A stretch of DNA of 64,000 nucleotides from an uncultured Ruminococcus sp. (GTDB taxonomy: Bacteria; Bacillota; Clostridia; Oscillospirales; Ruminococcaceae). The notes beneath the pieces are model-generated. The model searched no databases. It worked only from the letters and a program-made list of their open reading frames with translations, and had not been told where the DNA came from. Below, piece after piece: positions 1-10,269 of the stretch (positions are counted from its first letter, which is position 1; every line of letters begins with the position of its first letter). Made by a program: the position numbers and the translations under genes. The stretch is taken from positions 110,254 to 174,253 of the forward strand of contig CAKSMF010000003.1 in assembly GCA_934474025.1 (NCBI GenBank). The letters are read 5' to 3'.

Positions 1-233
1 TCATAAATTTTATTGGCATTTTCGAGTTTGTAAACAGAACTTTCAAATTTCATGCTTATGCTGTTGGAAATACTCCGGAAAGGCTTTGAGATTGTATTTA
101 TTATTGACTCTCCTGATATAGAATATCCGCCTTTTGTAACGGAATATATCATTATTCCCACAAGAAACGCTATAAAGGCAAGCAAAACCTTGAAACGTTT
201 GCTTTTGAAAAAATCACGCATAAACGCCCTCCT

Positions 234-1256
234 TTAATAGTAACGGATATTTTCGGTAAGTGCGTCCTGATAGTCATTGATGTTTTCAAGGATTTTTCCC
301 ATACCTTCTGCCACGCAGTCAAGAGGATATTCAGCAATATATACCGGCATACCAGTTTCACGGTTTATAAGACGGTCAAGACCTCTTAATAAAGCACTTC
401 CTCCCGATAGTGTTATTCCGTTTTCTATTATATCGGCAGAAAGTTCCGGCGGAGTTTCTTCAAGAGTAGATTTTATAGCGTCCAGAACTCTTGAAAGAGG
501 TTCTACAAGTGCATCACGGATTTCAGCAGAATTTACTATTATGTTTTCAGGTAAACCGTTAAGAAGATTTCTTCCTTTTATTTCCATTGATGATTCTTTT
601 TCGTTCGGAAAAGCAGAACCTATTTCAAGTTTTATGCTTTCGGCAGTAGGTTCACCTATTAAAAGATTGTATTTTCTTTTGATGTAATTTATAATAGCGT
701 TGTCAAATTCATCTCCTGCACATCTTATTGAACGTGATGCAACCATTCCTCCCATGGAAATAACTGCCACTTCGCTTGTACCTCCGCCAATGTCAACAAT
801 CATACTTCCGGAGGGTGCATTTGTAGGCAATCCTGCTCCGATAGCAGCTGCCATAGGTTCTTCTATTATAAGCACATTATTTTTGTTTGCACCTGCTTTT
901 GTACAAGCTTCACGAACAGCACGTCTTTCAACTGCTGTAACGCCTGACGGTACACAAATTATAACGTTTGCTTTTGTGAAAATAGTGCCTTTAAGAGCTT
1001 TTTTTATAAATTCCTGCAACATTGTAGTTGCTATGTCAAAATCTGCAATAACTCCGTCTTTAAGAGGTCTTACGGCAACTATTGAACCGGGGGTTCTTCC
1101 AATAACTTCCTTTGCTTCTTTTCCGACATAACGGCACTTGTCTGTATGAGTGTTTACAGCAACAACTGATGGCTCTCTTATTATTATCCCTTTTCCCCTA
1201 AGATAAACAAGTGTATTTGCAGTTCCTAAATCTATACCAATATCTTTTGTAAACAT
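234..1256 (-). CDS. mreB: Rod shape-determining protein MreB/Mbl (actin-like ATPase)
   Basis: N-terminus [18 protein letters not shown] and the overall length (340 aa) match the MreB family; phosphate-1/2 actin-fold motifs are present. Confidence 0.9.
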   Translation of the reverse strand: MFTKDIGIDLGTANTLVYLRGKGIIIREPSVVAVNTHTDKCRYVGKEAKEVIGRTPGSIVAVRPLKDGVIADFDIATTMLQEFIKKALKGTIFTKANVIICVPSGVTAVERRAVREACTKAGANKNNVLIIEEPMAAAIGAGLPTNAPSGSMIVDIGGGTSEVAVISMGGMVASRSIRCAGDEFDNAIINYIKRKYNLLIGEPTAESIKLEIGSAFPNEKESSMEIKGRNLLNGLPENIIVNSAEIRDALVEPLSRVLDAIKSTLEETPPELSADIIENGITLSGGSALLRGLDRLINRETGMPVYIAEYPLDCVAEGMGKILENINDYQDALTENIRYY

Positions 1257-1460
1257 TCTGCACTCCTTAACTTCTGTATATTCATTTTTTTACATTTAAA
1301 TCACAATAATATTATTATATCACCAAAACCGGATACAGACAATAATTTTGTAACAGAAATCCGGATTTACAGAAATTTTGTATAAACACTAAAACAAAAT
1401 AAACCGAATGAACAGAAAAACTGTAAAATTTTCTGAAAAAATCCGGTTTTTTAATATATG

Positions 1461-1727
1461 TTACGGAATAAGTTTCGGAGCAGTTTTATAATAAATAAAA
1501 ATTGCCAGTAATATCATTAAAAGCTGTGCGATACTTATGCTGAAACTGAATCCGATTGTTATTGTGATTATAGAAAGATTAATAAGTGGTTTATCAGCAG
1601 GAAATTCAAATCCGCCCCTGTATGCAAGCCAACTCATAGACTCATTTAATTCTGCACGGTCGGTAATAAGTGAACCTATTATTATACCTCCGATTATCAG
1701 CAGTATAAGATATAAAACTTTTTTCAT
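1461..1727 (-). CDS. small hydrophobic membrane protein (hypothetical)
   Basis: 88 aa with two predicted TM helices; no recognisable motif. Confidence 0.35.
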   Translation of the reverse strand: MKKVLYLILLIIGGIIIGSLITDRAELNESMSWLAYRGGFEFPADKPLINLSIITITIGFSFSISIAQLLMILLAIFIYYKTAPKLIP

Positions 1728-1755
1728 TTCATTCTCCAGTCTGCTTTAAAGCGTT

Positions 1756-2196
1756 TTATTTTATGCCAGACGAACCAAAACCATTAGTACCTCTGCTTGT
1801 TTCGGAAAGGCTGTCGCTGACTTCAATTTCCGGAATAAGTATTCTTGTGGGAATAAGCTGTGCAATTCTCATTCCATGTTCAACAGTAAAAGGAATTTTG
1901 CTGTTATTTATAAGAGGAATAAACCATGCTCCACGATAATCACTGTCAACTACGCCAACACAGTTCGCAAGGGTAACGCCGAATTTTGTAGCAAGTCCTG
2001 AACGTGGATATATTAATAATGCAACATCATTTTCATCAGGTTCAGCAGTAAGTCCGGTAGGAATTAATTTTATTTCACCGGATTTTATAATTACAGGATT
2101 ATCAAGACAGGCGGATATGTCAAGTCCTGCACTTCCGGAAGTGGCTCTTGACGGAATAATAGCTTTTTCGTCAATCTTTTTAAAAGTAATTTTCAT
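1756..2196 (-). CDS. dut: dUTP diphosphatase
   Basis: motifs AGLDI, RSGLA, GVVDSDYRG typical of trimeric dUTPase; 146 aa. Confidence 0.9.
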   Translation of the reverse strand: MKITFKKIDEKAIIPSRATSGSAGLDISACLDNPVIIKSGEIKLIPTGLTAEPDENDVALLIYPRSGLATKFGVTLANCVGVVDSDYRGAWFIPLINNSKIPFTVEHGMRIAQLIPTRILIPEIEVSDSLSETSRGTNGFGSSGIK

Positions 2197-2199
2197 ATT

Positions 2200-4224
2200 T
2201 TATATACCTCTGTAATAAAGACCTTTTGTAATGCTTCCAGTTGGCTTTTTTCCTTGAATGGTATCGATAGTTTGCTGAGAGTTTTCCTTATTCAGAATTA
2301 CAACTCCAAATGATATATTGCTGAAACTGTTTGCCGGAATGTACAAGCAATCCGGATTAAGTATTTCGGTATAATCCGGAGTACATATTACTGGAAATTT
2401 TCTGTTTGTGCGGTCAATAATGTGCTTAGAACAGTTTTTACAGCCGGATTCGTTTTTTATAGGGCAGTTTCTTGTAAGCATAAGCGGAATTTGTCCGTAA
2501 ATCAACGCACCAAAAGGCAAATCAGTACATATGTTGTTAATTTGTTGTAATTTTGCTTCAGGCGAAAAAATAAAGTCCTCAAGACCAAGAGTTTTCATAT
2601 ATTCAGCACTGAAAGAATTAAATATATTCAGTGTAAAACTTCCGTGTAATCTGAATCCTGTTTTTTTACCGATTGCTATGCAGTCAGGAGTGTGACACAA
2701 AAGGCGACTGAATCCGTATTTGTCTTTGATTTCAGAAAGCTTTAAAATAGTTTTTTCTTCATCTGCTATGAACCGTGGCGGAGAAATAATAATTTTTTCC
2801 TTGTATTTTGAGACTTCATTGAGAATAGTTTCTGATACACTCATTGACGGAGAGAGTATTACATATTCGGAAATATTAATAGCTGTTCTTACCTGTTCTA
2901 TAGTACGGCAAAGAGTTCTTATTTTAATTTTTTCAGAATGCTTGTCCGATTTACAGAATACTGGTTTATAATCTGTTATATTTTTTTTAGGTGTATTTTT
3001 AAAAATTATGCTTTCAGTAAGTTTCTGACACAATTCACGGCGTAATTCGTTTATTTTTCCGGCTGGAACTATTAAATTTTCTTCAATATCCGCTGTAACT
3101 TTTCCCATACTGAAAACAGTGTCACCAAGTTTTGAAAGCTGTTTTTTAAGGATTTCAATATCAGTAGGGCGATTTGTTGCTGTTTCAGGAATACTTCCTG
3201 TTGCTTTTACAGAAATATTATTACAGATTGCAGTTATTTCAACCGGAGTATTATTTTTTATTACGGCATGGAAGTCAACATTAAATATTTTAGGTTCATG
3301 TCTGTAAAATTCATGCACTTTCGGCAGAAGAGTCTGTGCAGAAACTACATCTTCCTTTTCACGTACTCCGAACATATTTTCACGTTTTCCGGTGAAATAA
3401 CCATCAGTAAATCCACTGCGTGAGAATATTCCCTTTAAAAAGTCCATATCCGGAGTCTGACCGTCAAGAGCTTTTTTTAGTTCATGTACTGCCGAGGCAA
3501 CATATTCCGGACGTTTCATTCTGCCTTCTATTTTAAGGGAATCTATTCCGGAAAGTTCTTTTGCTCTCGGAATCAATGACAAATCTTTCAGAGATAATGC
3601 AGAAAAATTTTTATTGCCGGCTGACGAAAACGGAAGTCTGCAAGCCTGACCGCAACAGCCACGATTTGCCGACCTTGAACCCATTATAGCTGACATATAA
3701 CATTGTCCTGATACTGACATACACAATGCACCATGTACAAATATTTCTGTTTCGATTCCCGTCTGCTGAATTTTTTCAATAACGTTTCTGTCAATTTCAC
3801 GAGCAGGAACAACTCTTTCCCAGCCGAGATTTTTTAAAAATTCAGCCCCCGTTGCCGTATGTACTGACATTTGTGTTGATGCATGAAGAACAGCATTAGG
3901 AACACATTTTCTGATAAGTTCGGCACAACCCCAGTCCTGAACAATATAGGCATCAAATCCGGCTTGTGCAGAAAATTTTATGTATTCGCAGAAATCCTGT
4001 GTTTCCTCATCGGAAATAATTGTATTTACAGCAAGATATATTTTAGCACCGTATCTGTGACATTCACGAACAGCAGTTATAAGTTCGCTGTTATCAAAAT
4101 TTTCAGCATTATTTCTTGCCGAAAAGCGTTTGCCACCTATATATACAGCATTTGCACCTGACCGCAAGGCAGTACAGAGAGTTTCCATACTGCCGGCAGG
4201 AGCAAGAATTTCTGTGTTTTTCAT
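2200..4224 (-). CDS. U32 family peptidase (collagenase-like, with C-terminal extension)
   Basis: N-terminus ELLAPAGS...AVYIGG... typical of peptidase U32 (PrtC/YhbU-like); 674 aa with a long C-terminal domain. Confidence 0.8.
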   Translation of the reverse strand: MKNTEILAPAGSMETLCTALRSGANAVYIGGKRFSARNNAENFDNSELITAVRECHRYGAKIYLAVNTIISDEETQDFCEYIKFSAQAGFDAYIVQDWGCAELIRKCVPNAVLHASTQMSVHTATGAEFLKNLGWERVVPAREIDRNVIEKIQQTGIETEIFVHGALCMSVSGQCYMSAIMGSRSANRGCCGQACRLPFSSAGNKNFSALSLKDLSLIPRAKELSGIDSLKIEGRMKRPEYVASAVHELKKALDGQTPDMDFLKGIFSRSGFTDGYFTGKRENMFGVREKEDVVSAQTLLPKVHEFYRHEPKIFNVDFHAVIKNNTPVEITAICNNISVKATGSIPETATNRPTDIEILKKQLSKLGDTVFSMGKVTADIEENLIVPAGKINELRRELCQKLTESIIFKNTPKKNITDYKPVFCKSDKHSEKIKIRTLCRTIEQVRTAINISEYVILSPSMSVSETILNEVSKYKEKIIISPPRFIADEEKTILKLSEIKDKYGFSRLLCHTPDCIAIGKKTGFRLHGSFTLNIFNSFSAEYMKTLGLEDFIFSPEAKLQQINNICTDLPFGALIYGQIPLMLTRNCPIKNESGCKNCSKHIIDRTNRKFPVICTPDYTEILNPDCLYIPANSFSNISFGVVILNKENSQQTIDTIQGKKPTGSITKGLYYRGI

Positions 4225-4589
4225 CCTATGCTTTCTCCGAGTTGTTTTAATTTAACCATGCTTTCAAGCTGTGTGATTTTTGATTTAAGTACTTCAATTT
4301 CTTTAAGTGCAGAATCAAGTTCAATTCTTGATTTTCCGGCTTCATCAACGTATTCTTTTGTCTGATTTCTGATATTGTCAAGGTGCTGATTTGCTTTATT
4401 GAGGTCGTCAACAAGAGTTAAAGCAACCATTATTGCAGCGTCATACGGAGATGAACCGCTTTTTGAATTGAGAACACCATTGATTTTGGCTTCTAATGCC
4501 CTTGCAAGTGCAAAGACATAGTTAGGGGATTCGGAGGTTTTGAGTTTGTACTCCTTACCACATATAATTACTTTTACATCATTGAGCAT
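4221..4589 (-). CDS. zapA: cell division protein ZapA-like
   Basis: 122 aa; N-terminal V.I.G..Y.L core followed by a C-terminal coiled coil; 4-bp overlap with the downstream U32 gene. Confidence 0.65.
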   Translation of the reverse strand: MLNDVKVIICGKEYKLKTSESPNYVFALARALEAKINGVLNSKSGSSPYDAAIMVALTLVDDLNKANQHLDNIRNQTKEYVDEAGKSRIELDSALKEIEVLKSKITQLESMVKLKQLGESIG

Positions 4590-4647
4590 TTACTAAACTT
4601 TCCTTTCTGTTATTTATTTTAGATTATAAAACATTTTTGTTGTACAA

Positions 4648-5238
4648 TTATTTATAGTAACGTTTTAAACCGATAACCCGACCGAGTATTTCTACTTCTT
4701 TTAGGATAATAGGTTGCATTGAGTCATTTTCCGGTTGTAAACGGTATTCATTTTTTTCTTTGTAAAAGCGTTTTACAGTAGCCTCTTCATGATTTATGAG
4801 GGCAACAACTATATCACCGTCTTCAGCATATGGAGTTTTATGAACAATAACTATATCACCATCAAAAATTCCGGCATTAATCATGCTGTCACCACGTATT
4901 TTCAATGCAAAAAGTTCATTCGGATTGATTTCCGGAGCTTCAAAGCCAACATATCCCGTAATATCTTCAATTGCAGTAATTGGTAAACCTGCTGTAACTG
5001 TTCCTATAACCGGAACAGAAGTTATAGGGCTGTTTGGAAGTTTAAGAGAACGGTTTATATTTCCGGATTTTTCAATAAGACCTTTGTTTACGAGGTTTCC
5101 TATATAACGATGAGCGGTTGAAGTTGATTTAAAACCCATAGCGTCCATGATTTCACGAACGGACGGAGAAACACCATTACTTAAACGGCTTTTTATATAG
5201 TCAAAAACCGCTATTTCTTTGTCTTTTGACATGGTCAT
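4648..5238 (-). CDS. lexA: LexA repressor (S24 peptidase)
   Basis: N-terminal wHTH, Ala-Gly cleavage site (TAGLP), GDSM catalytic Ser and a KRF Lys; start overlaps the murC stop by 4 bp. Confidence 0.9.
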   Translation of the reverse strand: MTMSKDKEIAVFDYIKSRLSNGVSPSVREIMDAMGFKSTSTAHRYIGNLVNKGLIEKSGNINRSLKLPNSPITSVPVIGTVTAGLPITAIEDITGYVGFEAPEINPNELFALKIRGDSMINAGIFDGDIVIVHKTPYAEDGDIVVALINHEEATVKRFYKEKNEYRLQPENDSMQPIILKEVEILGRVIGLKRYYK

Positions 5239-6647
5239 TCCTCCTCTTTTAATTTTGCAAGTATCATTTTAGCGATTTTATAAGCATCTCCGCAACCAAG
5301 AGTTATTACAAGGTCGCCAGATTGAGCGTTTTCGCATATATAGTCACAAATTTGACCAAAATTAAAATATTTTCTTTCATCTGTCCATTCTGCATTTTCG
5401 TCCTGTGGAAACCATATGCAGTTTGGAATTTTTTCAGCAAGGTGTCTTGTGAATATTCCGAAAGTATTTTTTTCACGACTTCCGAAAATGTCAGTTAAAA
5501 CAACCTTATCCGGGATTTGAAGAACTCTTGCGAAATCATCAAGCAGAATTTTAGTTCTTGAAAAAGTGAACGGTTGAAAAACAGCCCATACTTTATTGAA
5601 TCCCATTCCCATAGCAGAAGTAAGAGTTGCTTCAAGTTCTGTAGGGTGATGTGCGTAATCATCAACAACAGTTATACCTTTTTCATAACCGAGTTTTTCA
5701 AAACGTCTTTTTGCTCCTCTGAAATCTGCTAAACCTTTTTTACAGTCCTGCGGAGATATGCCGAGTTGATTTGCAACGGCTATAGAAGCTAAAGCATTAA
5801 GAATATTGTGTTTTCCGGCAACATGGAGTTCTATTGTAACAACATATTCATGATTGTGGTATACATCAAACAGTGTTTCAAGACCGGATATTTTCTTTAT
5901 ATCGGCATACCAGTTGTTTTTATCGGAAAGTCCAAAAGTGATTATTTTTTTGTCAAGACCTTCAACGGCAGTCAAGGTATTTTTATCGTCGCCGTTAATA
6001 ATCAGACATTTTGAAGTTTTTTCAGCAAATTTTCTGAAAGACTTTATAACATTTTCGATAGTACCAAAATAGTCAAGGTGGTCAGCATCAATATTAAGGA
6101 TAACTGAAATATCCGGAGCGAGTTTAAGGAAATGGTCTTCAAATTCGCATGACTCACAAACAAGAATATCACTTTTTCCTGCAATACCGCTTCCTCCGAT
6201 GCATGGAAGTTTTCCGCCGATATACGCTGAAAGGTCAATTCCGGCTGTATAAAGTATCTGGGTAATCATTGATGTAGCAGTAGTTTTTCCGTGAGTACCG
6301 GAAACACATACAGCATTATTATACCAGTTTGTAACAATACCGAGAAGTTCAGCTCTTTCAAGAACCGGTACTCCACTTTGTCTTGCTGCCATAAGTTCGG
6401 GATTGTCTTCCATGATTGCAGCCGTATGAACAATAAGGTCAGCTCCTTTGATATTTTCAGCACGTTGACCGATAAATACTTCAATTCCCATTTTTCTTAC
6501 AGCTTCAAGGGTTTCTGTTTCGTTGTTGTCTGAACCTGTCAGAAAATATCCCTGAGAATGCAGTATCTGGGCAAGTGGGTACATTCCGGAACCGCCTATG
6601 CCAATAAAATGAATGTGTTTTTTGTTTTTAAGAATATTAATATCCAC
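5235..6647 (-). CDS. murC: UDP-N-acetylmuramate--L-alanine ligase
   Basis: HFIGIGGSGM and GTHGKTTT P-loop; Mur ligase architecture; 470 aa. Confidence 0.9.
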   Translation of the reverse strand: MDINILKNKKHIHFIGIGGSGMYPLAQILHSQGYFLTGSDNNETETLEAVRKMGIEVFIGQRAENIKGADLIVHTAAIMEDNPELMAARQSGVPVLERAELLGIVTNWYNNAVCVSGTHGKTTATSMITQILYTAGIDLSAYIGGKLPCIGGSGIAGKSDILVCESCEFEDHFLKLAPDISVILNIDADHLDYFGTIENVIKSFRKFAEKTSKCLIINGDDKNTLTAVEGLDKKIITFGLSDKNNWYADIKKISGLETLFDVYHNHEYVVTIELHVAGKHNILNALASIAVANQLGISPQDCKKGLADFRGAKRRFEKLGYEKGITVVDDYAHHPTELEATLTSAMGMGFNKVWAVFQPFTFSRTKILLDDFARVLQIPDKVVLTDIFGSREKNTFGIFTRHLAEKIPNCIWFPQDENAEWTDERKYFNFGQICDYICENAQSGDLVITLGCGDAYKIAKMILAKLKEEE

Positions 6648-6692
6648 AATTTATCACCTTTCATAATTTTTTTGTTTAAATATAAAAATCTC

Positions 6693-6721
6693 TTGATTTT
6701 TGAGAGATTATACGCTATAAT
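6693..6721 (+). promoter_or_regulatory. sigma-A-like promoter upstream of spoVG (TTGATT-17-TATAAT)
   Basis: -35 TTGATT at 6693-6698, 17-nt spacer, -10 TATAAT at 6716-6721; AAGGAGG RBS precedes the ATG at 6781. Confidence 0.45.
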
Positions 6722-6780
6722 AACGATAGAGGAGTTTTCTTCTCTGCTAATTTATTCAAACATAAGGAGGTCTTTGAAAA

Positions 6781-7089
6781 ATGGAAATTACAGATGTAAA
6801 AATTAGAAAAATTATGTCTGAAGGCAGACTCAGAGCATTAGTCTCTGTAACTATTGATGATATGTTTGCAATACACGATATAAAGGTTGTTCAGGGTGAT
6901 GAGCGTCTTTTCGTGGCAATGCCCAGCAGAAAGGACGAAAATGGAATATTCCGTGATATTGTACACCCTATTTCAGCTTCGTCAAGAAAAGTTTTCGAGG
7001 ACACTATACTCGATGCCTATAACAAACAGATTGTAATGCTCGAAGCGGAAAAGGAAGCCACTTCAAAATCTGATACAACAGAGGAGTAA
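6781..7089 (+). CDS. spoVG: septation/regulatory protein SpoVG
   Basis: MEITDVKIRKI...RLRA.VSVT.D..F.IHDIKV..G..GLFVAMPS core typical of SpoVG. Confidence 0.9.
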   Translation: MEITDVKIRKIMSEGRLRALVSVTIDDMFAIHDIKVVQGDERLFVAMPSRKDENGIFRDIVHPISASSRKVFEDTILDAYNKQIVMLEAEKEATSKSDTTEE

Positions 7090-7125
7090 TTTCCATAAAA
7101 AAGCCTGCTATATAGTGGGCTTTTT

Positions 7126-7662
7126 TTATATTCCAAGGATTCTTGCCGTTTTAAGTATGGCAATCTGAGTTTTGGCATCTTTTATTTTTCCGTCCATTAC
7201 AAGCTGAACAGCGTCAGCAAGAGGAATTTTTTCGACATCAAGAAATTCATCTTCATCAAGATTCTGTTTTTCGTAATGCAGACCTTTAGCAAGATAAACT
7301 CTTATTATTTCAGTATTATATGCCGGAGTTGGATAAATTTCCCCCAGTGGAATGTATTCTGTACAAGTACAGCCAGTTTCTTCAAGGAGTTCACGTTTTC
7401 CGCAGTCATAAGGATTCTCGCCTTTTTCGAGTTTTCCGGCAGGGATTTCTTCTGTTACTTCCCTGAACGGATAACGGAACTGTTTAACCATGAAAATTTC
7501 ATTGTTTTCAGTAACCGGAATTACACAGACACCTCCTGAATGAACAAGTACATCACGGGTGGCTGTTTCATTGTTTTCAAGCTTGGCAGTATCGTGCAGA
7601 ATTGTGAAAATTTTTCCCTCATATACGGTGTTGCTTGTAAGAGTTTCTTCCTGTAAATGCAT
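7126..7662 (-). CDS. NUDIX hydrolase (ADP-ribose pyrophosphatase-like)
   Basis: Nudix box GKLEKGENPYDCGKRELLEETG; 178 aa. Confidence 0.8.
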   Translation of the reverse strand: MHLQEETLTSNTVYEGKIFTILHDTAKLENNETATRDVLVHSGGVCVIPVTENNEIFMVKQFRYPFREVTEEIPAGKLEKGENPYDCGKRELLEETGCTCTEYIPLGEIYPTPAYNTEIIRVYLAKGLHYEKQNLDEDEFLDVEKIPLADAVQLVMDGKIKDAKTQIAILKTARILGI

Positions 7663-7667
7663 AAATT

Positions 7668-10106
7668 TCAGACCTCCTTATTTTTTCGTATAAGTTGATT
7701 GCAGTAATCGTCATGAGCGGTTATTCTGTGGCAAGAATTGTAATCATAGTAATGTGTTAAATTATAATTATCGTCTTTATTTTTTTTGCGACAGATAATC
7801 ATGTATATTGCAAGTATTACGATTCCTGAAATACTTATAATCATACCAACAGTAAGTGCAGGCGTTCTGTAGCGGAAAACTATTGTATTATCGCCTTTTT
7901 CAGCTTTAACAGCCATAAATCCATACGAAACTTTTTCAACATCTACCGGTTTTCCGTTAACCTCGGCAGACCAGCCGGAATTATAAGGCACACTGAAAAA
8001 TACCAGACTGTCATTGTCAAGAGTTATTTCAGATTCAAAACCCTTTGAGTCATAACAGAATGATGTTGACGCATTGTTCTGACGTATTTTACATAAATTC
8101 CTGTAATCATTCTTGTTAAGTGATGATATTTCGGATAATTCAGTTTTATTAATTATATCTGAATATTTTTCAGCTTGTTTGTTGTTCAGTACAAGCGAGT
8201 GAATAAGAGTTTTTTCACGCATTGAATCGCCTTTATTTTCGAGGTCATCTTCGGTTACATAGCTATCAAAAGCCATTCCCATAGGAATATAAAGTTTATT
8301 TTCATATATTTTAAAATATTCATTTTCACTGATAAGTTCAAATCCCGGAAGTTCTTCAGATATGTTAGTTTCTTCTGATGATTTTTTAGTTTCGTAATAA
8401 TATTTTACAGAAAATAGTCCTCTTAATGTATAGTGAGAAGTATCCGGACGTGAAGCAACATCTCTTGTTACGCCTACTTCTGGATAAAAATTCATTATAG
8501 AACTGTCAACAACACTCTGAAATGCTCTCATTGACGGAAGTCCCCATAACATAGGGTAATTGTCATAATTTTCAGAAATATCAACTCTGAAAAAATTATC
8601 TTCTGAAACGCTTTCATAAATGCTGTCTTTTCCTTTTATAGCTGAATTAATGTATTCTTTGGCTGAATCTTGTGAAACAGCTCCGTATAGTACAGCAGTA
8701 ATTACGCATATAACTGACGCTCCGGCGGTACACCATACGGAAAGCCGTTTGTATGAAAGACCTTTCTTTTTTCTGTAGAAAATATAAAATGTTATAATCA
8801 GAAATACACCGGCGATACCAAGAGACAGTAAAAAGTATAATATATCCCTCGGCATAGTGAAAAATGATAATTTATCGTCTTTTTTTTCTGGAATGCACGA
8901 TATAAGACCATATGAAACAAGCATTACAGCAGATATTTTAATTCCAAAAGATGTATCAGCGTCTTTATCATCAAGTGTCTGGGCAGTCATCATAGCAAAT
9001 ATGAGTATCGGCATATAATACCATCTTGCATAATAAGAAGCGTTGAATGTATAAAACAAACTGTTAAGTATTGGTATAAATGCACACACTATACATAAAA
9101 GTGAAAGTTTTACTGCCCAGTGTTGTTTATGGGAACGCATAAATGTTATAACTCCGACCATAGAGAATAATGGAAGGTATCCGCCTATTGATGACCATTT
9201 GGCGTGGTCTGAATTGAAAAGGTTAGGTCTTGCCGGAACATCTACCGGCATAAAGAACGACTGAATAATTCTTGCTATTCGTGTTTTGTCGCTGTAAAGA
9301 ACCATTGACTGACCGTAAAGACGTTCATTTACACGATAGTTTCCCAGAATAGCAACGGCTGTCGGTAAAAGTATTACACAAGCTATCATAGTTCCGGCAA
9401 CTGCTTCCAAAAGTAAAAGCCAGAATTTTTTCCATGATGTATGGAAATCCTGACATTTCATTCTGAAAAGATAGTACATTATAAGAAATACTGCCTGTCC
9501 AGTAAAGAAATAGTAGTTTACAAATGCCATGAGTGCTACGGTCAACGCAAAATAACCTCTGCGGTTTTTGTTGATGTTTTCTTCCATAGCTATGAGCATT
9601 AACGGGAAAAGTGCTGTAACGTCCTGAAAATGATTGAAAAAGATATTATATACCTGAAATCCCGAAAATGCATATAACATTGCACCAACAAGGGAAGTAC
9701 TTTTGCTTTGCACAAACCGCCTTATATATATGTATGCCGTAAGACTTGCCATTCCGTGTTTCAGTGCGAGCAGGAATGGTATTGACAGAGTGACAAACGA
9801 ACGTGGTAAAATAGTTGACAGCCAGAAAAACGGACTTCCTATCAGATAGAATGAATACGAAGTCATAAGGTCTGAACCTAAATCTGTAAACCAGTTCCAC
9901 CCGAACTGACCATTACGGACAGCATCATTGGCTAAATTATAGAATGGTATTTGCTGAGCGTTGAAATCTCCGTAATATATAAAGTATCCGCCATCTGCAA
10001 TCATTATAGGGATAATAGATATCAAAAGGCAGAAAAATCCCATAAGAAATGCCATTAAATATTTTTCATTTGTGTGTTGATAAAGGGGTTCTTTTTTTCT
10101 TGACAT
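7668..10106 (-). CDS. YfhO family membrane protein (putative glycosyl transferase/lipid-linked glycan handling)
   Basis: 812 aa with many N-terminal TM helices and a large C-terminal extracytoplasmic domain, matching YfhO architecture. Confidence 0.65.
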   Translation of the reverse strand: MSRKKEPLYQHTNEKYLMAFLMGFFCLLISIIPIMIADGGYFIYYGDFNAQQIPFYNLANDAVRNGQFGWNWFTDLGSDLMTSYSFYLIGSPFFWLSTILPRSFVTLSIPFLLALKHGMASLTAYIYIRRFVQSKSTSLVGAMLYAFSGFQVYNIFFNHFQDVTALFPLMLIAMEENINKNRRGYFALTVALMAFVNYYFFTGQAVFLIMYYLFRMKCQDFHTSWKKFWLLLLEAVAGTMIACVILLPTAVAILGNYRVNERLYGQSMVLYSDKTRIARIIQSFFMPVDVPARPNLFNSDHAKWSSIGGYLPLFSMVGVITFMRSHKQHWAVKLSLLCIVCAFIPILNSLFYTFNASYYARWYYMPILIFAMMTAQTLDDKDADTSFGIKISAVMLVSYGLISCIPEKKDDKLSFFTMPRDILYFLLSLGIAGVFLIITFYIFYRKKKGLSYKRLSVWCTAGASVICVITAVLYGAVSQDSAKEYINSAIKGKDSIYESVSEDNFFRVDISENYDNYPMLWGLPSMRAFQSVVDSSIMNFYPEVGVTRDVASRPDTSHYTLRGLFSVKYYYETKKSSEETNISEELPGFELISENEYFKIYENKLYIPMGMAFDSYVTEDDLENKGDSMREKTLIHSLVLNNKQAEKYSDIINKTELSEISSLNKNDYRNLCKIRQNNASTSFCYDSKGFESEITLDNDSLVFFSVPYNSGWSAEVNGKPVDVEKVSYGFMAVKAEKGDNTIVFRYRTPALTVGMIISISGIVILAIYMIICRKKNKDDNYNLTHYYDYNSCHRITAHDDYCNQLIRKNKEV

Positions 10107-10269
10107 TTTAAAATAGCCTCCGATGTTGGAAATATAACTTTACTCAATTATAACATATTTGCTGTAAAAATAAAAGACCTTTTTCAAAAAAATAATACAC
10201 AATAAATAAATTTAAGAAAATGTAAAAATAATGTGGCAATCGGTTGAAATATGTGATATAATAATTATT

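Noticed and set aside
277-1131. Plus-strand ORFs (136 aa, 143 aa) opposite mreB
   Set aside because: They are antisense to the well-supported mreB gene, with no motifs or RBS.
9646-9900. 84-aa minus-strand ORF inside the YfhO gene
   Set aside because: It lies in an alternative frame fully inside a long membrane-protein gene, with no independent support.
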